A stretch of DNA of 52,336 nucleotides from positions 1-52,336 of the forward strand of contig JAUCBJ010006065.1 in assembly GCA_032718475.1 (NCBI GenBank). Reading direction: 5' to 3'. Positions within the stretch are counted from its first letter, which is position 1. Every line of letters begins with the position of its first letter. Under the pieces are notes generated by a model. It did no database searches and was not told the DNA's origin. It saw only the letters and a program-made list of their open reading frames with translations. Source of the DNA: Nemertoderma westbladi (lineage: Eukaryota; Animalia; Xenacoelomorpha). The translations under genes were made by a program, and so were the position numbers. This document shows, piece by piece, positions 23,901 to 36,100 of the stretch.

Positions 23901-25590
23901 TAAGTTCCCAAACACTATGTTCCCGTACAGTATGTTCCCTTACAGTACGTTCCCGTACAGTATGTTCCCGTACAGTAAGTTCCAGTGCAGTACGTTCCCG
24001 GACAGTAAGTTCCCGTCAATAAGTTTCCAGACACTATGTTCCCGTACAATAAGTTCCCGTACAGTACATCAACGGACCGTAAGTTCCCGTACAATAAGTT
24101 CCCAAACAGTAAGTTCACGCACAGTAAGTTCCCAGACAATATGTTCCCATACAGTAAGTTCCCGTACAGTACGTTCCGGACAGTAAGTTCCCATACAGTA
24201 CGTTCCCGGACAGTAAGTTCACAGACACTATGTTCCCGTACAGAAAGTTCCCGTACAGTACATTCCCGGACAGTTAGTTCCCGTACAGAAAGTTCCCGTA
24301 CAGTACATTCCCGGACAGTTAGTTCCCGTACAATAATTTCCCAGACAGTAAATTCACACAGTAAGTTCCCGTACAGTAAATTCCCAGACAGTATGTTCCA
24401 GTACAGTAAGTTCCCGTATAGTAAGTTCCCGTACAGTAAGTATCCGTACAGTACGTTTGCGGACAGTACGTTCCCGTACAGTAAGTTCCCGTACAGTAAG
24501 TTCCCGTACCGTACGTTCCCGTACAGTAAGTTCCCGTACAGTACGTTCCCGTACCGTACGTTCCCGTACAGTAAGTTCCCGTACAGTACGTTCCCGTACA
24601 GTAAGTTCCCGTACAGTACGTTGCCGTACAGTAAGTTTCCGTACAGTACGTTCCCGTACAGTAAGTTCCCAGACTATGTTCCCCTACAGTAAGTTCCCGT
24701 GCAGTAAGTATCCGTACAGTACGTTTGCGGACAGTACGTTCCCGTACAGTAAGTTCCCGTACAGTAAGTTCCCGTACAGTACATTCCCGGACAGTAAGTT
24801 CCCGTACAATAAGTTCCCAGACAGTAAGTTCACGTACAGTAAGTTCCCAAACACTATGTTCCCGTACAGTATGTTCCCTTACAGTACGTTCCCGTACAGT
24901 ATGTTCCCGTACAGTAAGTTCCAGTGCAGTACGTTCCCGGGCAGTAAGTTCCCGTCAATAAGTTCCCAGACAGTAAGTTCCCGTACAATAAGTTCCCAGA
25001 CAGTAAGTTCACGTACAGTAAGTTCCCAAATACTATGTTCCCGTACAGTATGTTCCCTTACAGTACGTTCCCGTACAGTATGTTCCCGTACAGTATGTTC
25101 CCGTGCAGTAAGTTCCAGTGCAGTACGTTCCCGGACAGTAAGTTCCCGTCAATAAGTTCCCAGACAGTAAGTTCCCGTAGAATAAGTTCCCAGACAGTAA
25201 GTTCACGTATATTAAGTTCCCAAACACTATGTTCCCGTAAAGTATGTTCCCGTACAGTACGTTCCCGTACAGTATGTTCCCGTACAGTAAGTTCCAGTGC
25301 AGTACGTTCCCGGACAGTAAGGTCCCAGACACTATGTTCCCGTACAGTAAGTTCCCATACAGTACATCCCCGGACAGTAAGTTCCCGTACAATAAGTTCC
25401 CAGACAGTAAGTTCACGTACAGTAAGTTCCCAGACACTATGTTCCCATACAGTAAGTTCCCGTACAGTACGTTCCCGGTCAGTAAGTTCCCATACAGTAC
25501 GTTCCCGGACAGTAAGTTCCCGTACAGTATGTTGCCAGACAGTATGTTCCCTTACAGTAAGTTCCCGTACAGTACGTTCCGGAACATTAT
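20971..25590. repeat. 15-bp satellite array (consensus gtacagtaagttccc), ~4.6 kb, roughly 300 units
   Basis: Continuous 15-bp periodicity with taag/tacg/tatg variants and occasional 13-14 bp units. Confidence 0.97.
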
Positions 25591-27139
25591 GTTCTGTTCC
25601 CTTACAAAAAATTCCCTGACAGTATGTCCACGGACCGCCTGTTCCCATTCCCGTCCTGCCGGGTAGTATTTTCCCGGACACAGGGCAGTATTTTCCTATC
25701 GTTTGTAGGCATATGTTCCCTGATAATACGAAACTATGGTAACATACGGTCTGTCAGCACAATAATGTATCTTTTTAAACAAGATTTTCGCGTAATTTTA
25801 TTCCAGTAAAGCGTATTGTTAAACATATAATATATAGGCTTACTTGTCCTGTATATAAATAATAATTAATGCAATACATTCGAAATAACATCATATAGCA
25901 TATACCGGTATAATCTTAAGAAATATTACCATAAAACCCCTTTGAAAATATGAAAAACATAAATGTAGTTTGTGGATTCTGAGTTACATAATTCAAACCA
26001 TCGTGAACAATTTCTGGAATTATATGGCCCAACATAAGATGCTTGCTTATATTACCAAAGGGTGAATGGGTAGGTAATACAATATAATGAAATAATTGTA
26101 ATCGCAGAATGACAATACCGTATATATATTATATTCGTAATATTACGTAAGACGAATATTACCATATTCGTAATATTATGATTGATAATACAGAGTTTCA
26201 CCCTGTTGAAACAATCTAAATTGAGTCCTGCACTGTTTTCCAATTCAGAGATTGATTTATTCTGCGAAAATATTTTTTATTTTTCTTCTTCCAGAACCGA
26301 TTCCAGGGGCAGAGGGGCGCTGGACGGGAGCACAAGAAAGATGATCCCGACATGTTTGCGATGAAGGCCGCAGATCGCGACTACAACGACCGAGTGGTGG
26401 TGGAAAGGATATGCAATTCGCTAGCCGATCTCCGGGTATTGGACAAAGGCAACGCGTGTTCTCAGTTTGACGGCTACTGTTGTAATTTCTTTGATAAACA
26501 TGGTTGATAAACTAACGACCTGCAATAATATTATTAGTACCAATTTAAGTTGCGAACTTTTGTTATGGACATCAACATTTATGAATTTCAATCTTTCTTT
26601 CACCTTCGATGTTTCTGAAACATTTTCCATCAAGAGTTTGTTAGGATTGTTAAATAGGAAATGGGATGGCAAGTCCATCCAAGTAGTAAGCGCTATGATT
26701 GAATCGTATAGCCGGCCCCTCCAGATCATGTTATTTGTGGAGTCATGATAAATTTGAGCAACTTTGTCTGTAAAAATAGTAAAAACATAAAAAATATAAT
26801 GATTGACGTTTACATTTCATGTATTTTATAGAATTTGTCATTTAAAGTAAAATAAAAATAAAGTTTTTTCGGCCGTTAGTCCAGGAATACGTACTAAGTT
26901 TGACGTCTTATTTTCAGTGTGGTCCACTCAGATACCTCCCACATATAACTGGCACTCATTCAGCTGCCATTTAAGGAGGTATGCAAGGTAGATGTGCGTC
27001 TGGCTAGCAAACAAACATCATCGAAGTTCCCTTACAGCGGTCCCAACCTTACTTGATTCCTCGAGGCATTTTGTGTCTTAAAACTCAACCAATTGCATAA
27101 ACTCTGGTCTTTCACTCTCTAGAGAATCACATGGCATGG

Positions 27140-27840
27140 TTGCAGCTCCAGCCTTCAACTGCAGCCCGAAATACAAGGATGATGGAAGCACCACCTACAC
27201 ACTCCAAAGGTCGAGGAATAAGTACCTAACCGATCTGGACATTGCTGATGACTTAGGAGTACTCTCAGAATCACTAGAGGGAGCCCAACGGCTCATCAGC
27301 TCATTAGAACAGGCTGCTTCTAGTATTGGTCTAATTGTTAATTCCAACCAAAACTTTGACAGTTAACTTTGAAAGTCCTCAGGAAATGTCTGATCGTATG
27401 AGCATAAGCTCAAATGATGGTATGCTTGAGCATGTGGACGACTTCTGTTACCTGGAATCATGGATCCCGAGGTCAGGAACAAGACCTTCAAACACGCAAG
27501 GGGAAGGCATGGGCAGCATTGTATGGGCTTTCCAGCATTTATAAGTCACACAGAATACGACGGAAAATTAAGGTCCGATTATTCAGAGTAGCAGTAATGC
27601 CAGTACTCCACTGTGGAGTCCATTGGAGGTGTCTCGTTGGTTTCCCCAAGCTTGACAATTGAACCACGCCGCCTCCGCTCTAGAGGACATAGACGTCGTG
27701 AGAACCAGCCTGTGCACAATTTCGTGCTTTGGCAGCCCCATGGAGAAAATAAGCATGGTGGACAGCCCATAACGTTCTTGAGACGCCTCCTAAAGGAAAC
27801 TGGTCAAGAAGATCGGATGCTGCTCCGACCATTTTGAACT
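27140..27840 (+). mobile_element. Degenerate RTE-clade LINE fragment
   Basis: KYLTDLDIADDLGVLSESLEGAQRL, HVDDFCYLESWI, WQPHGENKHGGQP across frameshifts; same family as 28809-30775. Confidence 0.88.
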
Positions 27841-28808
27841 CAATCCCACTAGACGTGCAGCACGCAGGAACCATTTTTTAGTTTACCAGTAGATCCTCAC
27901 AGTTTGAATTGGTTAAGATTATGGAGGTGTCGGCACCTTGTATACTTTTACTATACAAATCCCCTGGATATTAGGCCTATTAATTCTCTCATGCAAGATG
28001 TCATATTATTGTGCTGTTATTGTACCATGATGTTATTGACTCCTTCAGTAATTAATCTATTTGTTTATAACCGTTACCATCATGTCGGCTGATTATTCAT
28101 CAGTATTTCGTACAGTTCAACCAGCCAAGAAGAATTCATAGAAGCTTAATATAATGGATATTAAATGATGTATATATACATTAAAATATAAACATAATGA
28201 TTAAACGATATAAAGTTGTTGAAAACATAGAGATTAATTACTGATCAGGTGTCCCTATTATAAACTCCATTCTACCGCATTGCGAACTCATGTCATTGCG
28301 CACTCGCGGGTTAATTTTAATGCTTAGAACTATTTTAAGCCAGCTGCATTCTAAACCGTTATCCAGTCCACCGCACGAGGCACAAACAATTTATCCACGA
28401 AGATCAGATTAAATTTCAATACAGATTTATTTATTCTCATGACAAAAAACTTTACTTAGGAATAAACGCTATCGTATTGCCAAGGCCTTTATTTGAGGTT
28501 TCGCGGTGATCATTTGTGTGGGTGCTAGATAAAAGTAAATCTATTTATTTTCAACTCCGCCGAACAATAAATGTTGTTTAAGGATGCATTTGTACTTTAT
28601 TGAAGGCAGACGGAAAACTACCACTCAAAATCATCTGACGAATATATACACCACGACCGGTAATAATTATCGCTCGCTGGAGGCCATTTATTATATTTTA
28701 CACAATTTTAGGAACATTTTGTTTACGTATGTGTAGCTGTCCAAGGTCCCCTAAACTATAGTTTAGGTATGCCTTGGTAGTTACGCAATAGAGATATTGT
28801 ATAGGCAT

Positions 28809-30775
28809 ACTACTACTACTACTACTAGGATCGGCATGCTGCATTGCAGCTGCATTTTCAAGAATGCTGTGCCGGCTTGTCGACAAAATTGCGCCGCCAC
28901 AACTCCCTATCACCCATGACATTTGCTAGATAATCCGCATCTTCAAGGCCAGTGTCCTTTAAGATGCGTCTCAAGAAAGTCATAGGCTGTCCACCATGCT
29001 TATTCACTCCATGAGGATGCCAAAGCACAAGATTATGCACTGGCTGGTCCTCACGGCGAAAGCAATGTCCTGCAAAGCGGAGGCGACTTTGTTCTAGTGT
29101 CAAGCTTGGGGGAACCAATGGGACACCTCCAATGTTATATAGTGTCTGGTTAGAGATGTGTGCATTGTACTTGACACAATGAACTCGGCGCAGCATTCTT
29201 GTAAATGTGCCATCCAGATATTTGGTGTCCTCAGCAGTTGGAGCCCAGCATGGACTCCCATAGAGGAGTATTGGAACTACTGCTTTCTCTAAATAATCGG
29301 ACCTTAAGTTTCCGATTAATTCTCTGTGACTTCCAAATCCTGGAAAGCCTATTCAAGGCTGCCCATGCCTTTCCCTTACGTAGTCGAAGGTCCTCACCTG
29401 ACTTCCGGATCCATGATCCCAGGTAACAGAAGTCATCCACATGCTCAAGCATACCATCTTTTGAGCTTATGCTCATCCGATCAGAGACTAGCTGAGGACT
29501 TTCAAAGTCAACTGTCAAAATTTTGGTCTTTCTTGAGTTAATAAAAAGACCAACACTAGAAGCAGCATGTTCTAATGAGCTGAGGAGCCGTTGGGCTCCC
29601 TCTAATGATTCTGAGAGTACTCCTAAGTCATCAACAAAGTCTAGATCAGTTAGGTACTTGGCAGGATTTCCTCGACTTCTGGAGCCAGTAGGTGGAGTTT
29701 CCATCACCCCATCATCTCTATGATGATCTAAGGACATGCGTAGAACATAGTCAACCACAATTATGAACAAGAATGGCGCAAGTGTGTCTCCTTGGAGGAC
29801 TCCCCATAATACTTCAAATGGTTCTGTGTCACCATCAACAGTAGACACAAATGTTGTCGAACCATTGTATACTGATCTGATAGCTGCAATATCCCATATA
29901 ATCGATCGATCCCATATAATGAAAGTATGCTGAACATACGTGAGCGAGAGACTGAATCAAAGGCCTTGAAGAAGTCAACAAAGATAACAGCCAGATGCCT
30001 GTCTTTCTTGTTTGATAACTCTTCAATTATCCTTCTAAGTGCCAAAATGGGCTCCATGGTCCCACGACCTTTACGGAACCCATTCTGATTTCCACGGAGC
30101 AGTCTCTCAATGGGATCCCTAATGCGATTTAATAGAATTCTATTGTATAGCTTTGCAGCAATCGAGATCAATGCGATTCCCCGAAAAGAACCATAGAGTG
30201 TTAGGTTGCCCTTCTTGGGAACTGGCACCAACTTATTTATTTTCATTTCTTGTGGGACTCTTGTTGTTCGGTACATGTCTACTATGATGGGATAGATGAG
30301 CTTTAAACACTCAGGTATTTTAAAGACCTCAGGGGGGACACCATCTACACCACTGGCACGATTGGTCTTAATGCTCTTTGCAGCAGCCTTCACTTCTGCA
30401 AAGGAGATCTCACCAATGGGAATATCTGGGGGTACAGACTCAGACACTTTTACTTCTATAAAGTTATCAGGCAATACCCTGTCCTTATTGAGGAGCTTTT
30501 CAAAGTGGGCCTTCCAACCATTGAGGCGATCGGCTGGTGATTCAGCCTTAACCTTGGTGGTTGGTTGGCTTTTTCGACCAGCAAGCAAGTTGATCGATCT
30601 ACATGCCTGGGATGATTGCCTGCTGTCGTCAGCATCATTGATGGCATCAACCTGTTGGTTTATTAGCTCCTGTAAATTAACAGAGTACTGCCTGTTCAGG
30701 GACCTAGATGCAGCCTTAACTGCATTTTTGGCCGCTGTAGTCTGTTTGAGTCGCGACTCTTTCTGCGCCTTATAG
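28809..30775 (-). mobile_element. 5'-truncated, frameshifted RTE-clade LINE with RT domain and (TAG)n tail
   Basis: ASGVDG, QNGFRKGRGT, FVDFFKAFDSV, GVLQGDTLAPFLF, DLDFVDD, FCYLGSWI motifs; (cta)6 at 28810-28827 on +; no endonuclease domain seen. Confidence 0.95.
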
Positions 30776-30807
30776 AGGTAATTTCGGCACCTGCTTCAGT
30801 GAAGGCG

Positions 30808-30968
30808 AGACAGGGGGGGGGGGGGGGGGGCAAAACCCGCCTTGGCGAATTAATATCCCGCCTCAATGTTAAATTCTCAATTTAGGGAAAGGAGCAGGTT
30901 ACAGTGGTACGTGATTTTAACCAAAATAATAAACTAAGCACAATAGAACAGGTTACAGTTTTATTTTT
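30808..30968 (+). mobile_element. MITE arm (gagacaggg family)
   Basis: Near identical to the reverse complement of 32870-33024. Confidence 0.75.
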
Positions 30969-31158
30969 GACAATAATCAGTGTTGCGTCATTTTGTTGTT
31001 AGTGGTTGATAGTGTTGTGTTATTTTCATTTGTTGTGTATTGAACTTGTTGTGTTTCAAATTTCAAGCATCATGATAAAGATATGTAAACAATTTTAATT
31101 TTTTTTTTTTGGGGGGGGGGGGGTGGAGGGGTCCGTGTCATCAGAAAATCTATTACGA

Positions 31159-31552
31159 GGGTGACTACAAAACAAAGACCCAAGTCCCAATTATAAAGAC
31201 TTGTATAATCTTGCGTTAATGTGTTAATTTTCGTTTATTGTTTTGGTTCCCCCAACACGCCTCTGTAACCTGCTCCTTTACTAACCTGCTCCTTTAAATG
31301 GCAAATGCAGCTAACGCTCTTTGGGACCTGTACAAAACAAAGAGGTAAAGTCGCGTTAGGTTCCAAAGAGCGTTAGGTCCCATTGCCATTTTCCTGAAAT
31401 GCCCATTCCATGCTTCCTGAAAGGAGCAGGTTAGTAAAGGAGCAGGTTACAGAAGCGTGTTGGGGGAACCAAAACAATAAACTAAAGTTAACCCATGTAT
31501 TTTTTACAGGTCTTTATTATTAGGGTCTTTGGTCTTTGTTTTGTAGTCACCC
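31159..31552. mobile_element. Mutator-like palindromic MITE, ~394 bp
   Basis: TIR gggtgactacaaaacaaagacc / ggtctttgttttgtagtcaccc with long internal inverted arms; 9-bp TSD ctattacga/ctattacgg. Confidence 0.85.
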
Positions 31553-32569
31553 CTATTACGGGTCATGTCATAGCAGAAAATTACACCATTACGGTTTATG
31601 TTATGGCAGAAAATGACACTAATTACGGGTTATGGTCATGATGAACCGGTATTAATTTTCAGCCTGTGGTGTAACGGCTATTGATTATATAACGGTTATT
31701 GTAAGAAATGTTCCCACCGTTTATATGCCCATATTTGGAAGTCGATAAGAGCGTTCAAGGGCGGACTTTCCGGCGGGAAGCTCTTATCTCTAATTACAAT
31801 GTGGGCGAGTCGGCTGGAGTTGGGAGGGTTATTGTTTGGTTTGACAAATTATAGATTCATCAAGGAAAGCCTTCAATACGTCTTAGTGTCATCAACGAGT
31901 GATTTGCATGCTCATTGCTTTTATGTAATTAACTAAAATAGACATCCTAGATTCAACAACAATACTGTTTTTCATATTCTCAAAAAAAATAACAATTTGT
32001 GGGAGCTTCCTGCACATTTTTTTGGCATTATCAAATTTCAACAAATTGGCCTGTGCAGTGCAGTTGCTGAGATATCGAAATTCATATATTGAGCTGTCAG
32101 ACAGGAAGACAGAAAATGAGTATTTGGCCCGTAGGCCTACTCCAATGTTAAGCTTAGAACTAGCTTCCTGGCTTTCCACACATTTTCAGTATAAAGAGAC
32201 GACTACGATAAAAATTAAATTTCACAAAATTACAAATAATAAAGATAATTTTATTAGCTATATTGGTATAATTATTACAATAAAATTACACGCTAAAAAA
32301 AACAAACCAATAAGGCACACCATCATAAGATATTTATCAAACACAGTACTTAAAATCTTTACTCTAAAAATATGAAGTCTACTAAAACATAATAACTAAA
32401 TTTACAAATGATTAAATACTAAAATCGACCCAGGAAAGATAATTTCTTCGCCAAAATGTTTATTTGCTAATATCGGAAAAGTTGTCGTTAATGCCAAGAG
32501 CGGATAGAGGATATTGTTGCTGATGCAGACGCTGATGATGGTAGCAATTCTGTTGGATAAATTCTACCC

Positions 32570-32595
32570 TTAGATGGTAAATCCAACACCGTGAC
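32570..32595 (-). CDS. SPATA18: Candidate terminal coding exon of SPATA18/Mieap-like gene
   Basis: Acceptor ttttatgtttcag|GT; phase 1 matches the preceding exon and gives RHGVGFTI*. No homology support. Confidence 0.45.
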
Positions 32596-32768
32596 CTGAA
32601 ACATAAAATACATTTTTATAATTTATTATTGGTGATTTTGGGTGAACGAGTGAGTGGTTTCATATTATTATAACTTTTGTTGGGCACAGCTTTGCATAGT
32701 CGGCAATGACGTCCAGGTGGGATCGAACTGGTGACCTCAGGGTTGAAAGTCTGACTCTCTAACCATTC

Positions 32769-33024
32769 CAGATAGGGAGGGGGGGGGGGGGGGGTGAGGG
32801 GGGGGGGGCTGGACACAATAAAAATTCATCCCAATCCAGGGGAAATTGGATGCAAATAACAGCTGATTACTGTAACGTAACTTGTTCTATTGTGTTTAGT
32901 TTATTGTTTTGGTTAAAATAACGTGCCACTGTAACCTGCTCCTTTCCCTAAATTGAGAATTTAACATGGAGGCGGGATATTAATTCGCCAAGGCGGGTTT
33001 TGCGTCCAGTTTCCCCCCTGTCTC
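32769..33024. mobile_element. MITE (gagacaggg family; hAT- or Mutator-like) inserted into the tRNA-like arm
   Basis: Ends cagataggg / ccctgtctc; aaccattc duplicated at 32761-32768 and 33025-33032 but single in uninterrupted copies (4063-4070). Confidence 0.85.
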
Positions 33025-33139
33025 AACCATTCAGCTAGCGGCTCAGGTAAAAGGTAGAAAGATAGACCTGGAAATACTACCAGACCTTGTATGACCACAA
33101 TTTACCTCCTCATGGCCTCCCATCTGTCAATACCATCGT

Positions 33140-36100
33140 TAGTCAGGTGGCTTAGGGAAAAAATCACGACAAAGGTGCGGAAAGCACCATTTTTTCACTA
33201 TATATGTAAAATTGTACGTAGAATCCATTTCTGAGGGTATCCAAAGCTGTAGTTGAGAGGATGACATTGATATCGATGGGTTGAGTGAACTTAAAATTGA
33301 AATGTTTTCTTACAGTAAACAATTTTTGGTAATAACGTACAACAATGACTTAGGAATTAAAATTTTTTTATATTTAACTCGTAGATGACATTGCCGAACT
33401 GTAAAAAGTATTTGAAGTACGACATTAAAACACTTCCATTCACATTTCATATCACATAATCTTGATATTATTTCTTAAAACTTGTAGCATTACGTTGTTC
33501 CATCTATCATTGATTAATTTCGTTAACAAACATTTTATAAATAATGAAGACTTCCCTGTTTAATATTATAAAATACATTTGATGTAAAGAACATCATCAA
33601 CGAAATTAGAGACTTTTATCATGAACGTGGAAAATTTTAAGTAAAAAGTCAATCTTTCACATAGTAACAATGTTCTAGAACTGTTATAGCTAACTGTAAA
33701 TACGTTACATGTATTATTTCTCAAATAACAACACCATGCACTTGAATGTTGTTGTCTTATTTCAATAGTTATTACTGTGCCAAGAGGTTTTATGTTCCAG
33801 AATAAACATTTGACCTTCTGATAGCAAGATGGTAGCTAGTCATTTTGTGATATTGGTACTAGAAGTATAGTATGTATAACCAGTACTAATACAGTATGTA
33901 ATGTATACAGCATATTTGTGTCTATTTATTGGGTTTTATGGCATTTTATTATGTTCTAGAACATTGGTGAATGTTCTAGAACCTTAGTATAAATTTTTTC
34001 AAATAATATATAATCATATATATCAATATAATCAATATATACATCAATATAATTTTCAAATAATAAATTTTTAAAAAAAGTTTCAAATATTACAATGACA
34101 TATTGCGCACATCAAGTTACCATGGCAGATGTTACTGCACGCGTACTTCTTTCAAGCCCATTTATCAATTATTGTTAAATCGAAAACATTTTATTCTCTC
34201 CCATTAATTATAATTATGGGAGAAGCCTAGCAAGAAGCCTAGCCTGTTCGTTGGATCGCTGTTCGTTCGTTGTTTTAGACTGCAATGCAGGAATACGAAA
34301 TCCTCAAATACATTCGTACCTGGGAAGCTTGTCCCGATTTACACAAGTTGGCTTATGCCGCGGTATAACCATAATAAAGCATTTATGGGAGTGTCTTCCA
34401 GCCCTTTTCTTTCGCAATGGATAGACTCCGTATGTGATTCCCGATAATTCATTACTAACCCTCGTGGCCGATATAATCGACACCAGGTATGTTCGTCGAT
34501 TGACCAAGACAAACATTCATCATATAACATCGTTGGTTACTTATACGAGGCGTTACGTGGGGTCACCCCACATATTGCGAAAATATGTGAACAAGAACAT
34601 AATGAATTGACCACTCACGCTTTCAGAATAACGTCACACCTGACACCGAGCAGATAACAGAAAGAGTGGTAAAACACGGGAAATTCCTCATCCACGAAGT
34701 TTTGATTCCGGCATCCACGCAGACCCAACATGGACCTGCTGCCATGGCCATCACCTGGAAAGCATTACGCACAACGATCGCCAAACTACGCTCTACCGAT
34801 ACATCTTCGGGTGAAAGAATACACAGTTAAAACGGATTGCCAAACATGCGATGGTTGAGGAATCTGCACATACGCGATTGCGACGAGATACGGTCCCGAC
34901 TAAAGAATTAGAGGCCAACCCTCCACGAGTCTCAACCCGGAACTTCCACCAGTGGATGGACTGTCTTTTCTTCCGCAACTTCCGATACCTTGGATCTCCA
35001 CCATTTGGGCCATTTACAGACCCCCGAAGAGCCGAAGAGCGAAAAACACCCGGTCGACGAAACTCAAAATTCGAACCCAAGGCCAAGGGTCCAAAGAAGA
35101 AACACAAGACAAAACGTGATAACTGATAAATCTTTCACGTGCATTATTATACTGTAGTAAATCATAGTTGATCTGATATCAAACTTGTGTATAATAGATT
35201 TGATATAGTTATATATTGTTTGATACGAAATATTTAAGAAAAAAACTTCATAAATGAAAGGTTAAAATTATTGAAGGGGGGGGGGGGGGGGGGGGGTTAG
35301 TTAATGATGCTAATAGGCTAATTGTTAGTGAACGTATGTACTGTAGACTGTCCCCCAACCTGGTACAATGCAAGGCCTTGAATTAGCGACCTATTCACAG
35401 TCTCTCCAAATATAGACCCATATTACGACTACGGATCCCTGCAAAGTGTAGTGTTTGGACTCCTTATGTGGCGGATAATGAACTGTCCAGACAATAAAGC
35501 GCTAAACAGAAGCTTAGGCAATTTTGCAATCGCAAGCATATGACGAATGTATTGTAAATAATAGTTATGATCAAGAGAGCTGGAGAAATAATAAACTAAT
35601 CAAACCAACATTCCATTTCTTTGATATGTTATGCGGATTGAAGCTCTCATTCTAATATTTGTTAGATCTCACCGTGAATGAAATCTTCTACTCTATGTGT
35701 AGAATGTCTACAGACCTTAGTTTAGTAGGCCTACATTTATTTTTCGCCTTGGATCATTACAATTATTACAATTACAGTAGGTGGGTCAGTGTTCATATTC
35801 GGGACATGAAGTCCCTACCGCACACAACACTCTCAGCAATTCCAGACAGAATGACAGAAAGAGTTTCAAACTTTTAATTTAAACATCTATTTATATTTAT
35901 TTAATTCACCAAAAAGGTATTTAAATTATGTACAATAAAATATTCAGGATATTATTAAAACAGGAGTTAGCACTTTAATAATTTAATACTTAAAAATAAA
36001 ACTAATAGTAAATAAAATATGTTTGTTTTCCATTCAACCCCGAGCCCAATGGCTGAGGGATTTTTTATTCTTGGGATAATCAAGTGGGTATATTGTTTCC

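Noticed and set aside
20824-25681. Many ORFs with pentapeptide repeats (RTVSS, FPYSK, GNLLY, GTYCT, ELTVR)
   Set aside because: They are translations of the 15-bp satellite, open in most frames and broken by 1-2 bp indels.
31892-32375. Overlapping 95-aa and 117-aa ORFs
   Set aside because: No motifs; more simply the 3' UTR or downstream region of the SPATA18-like gene.
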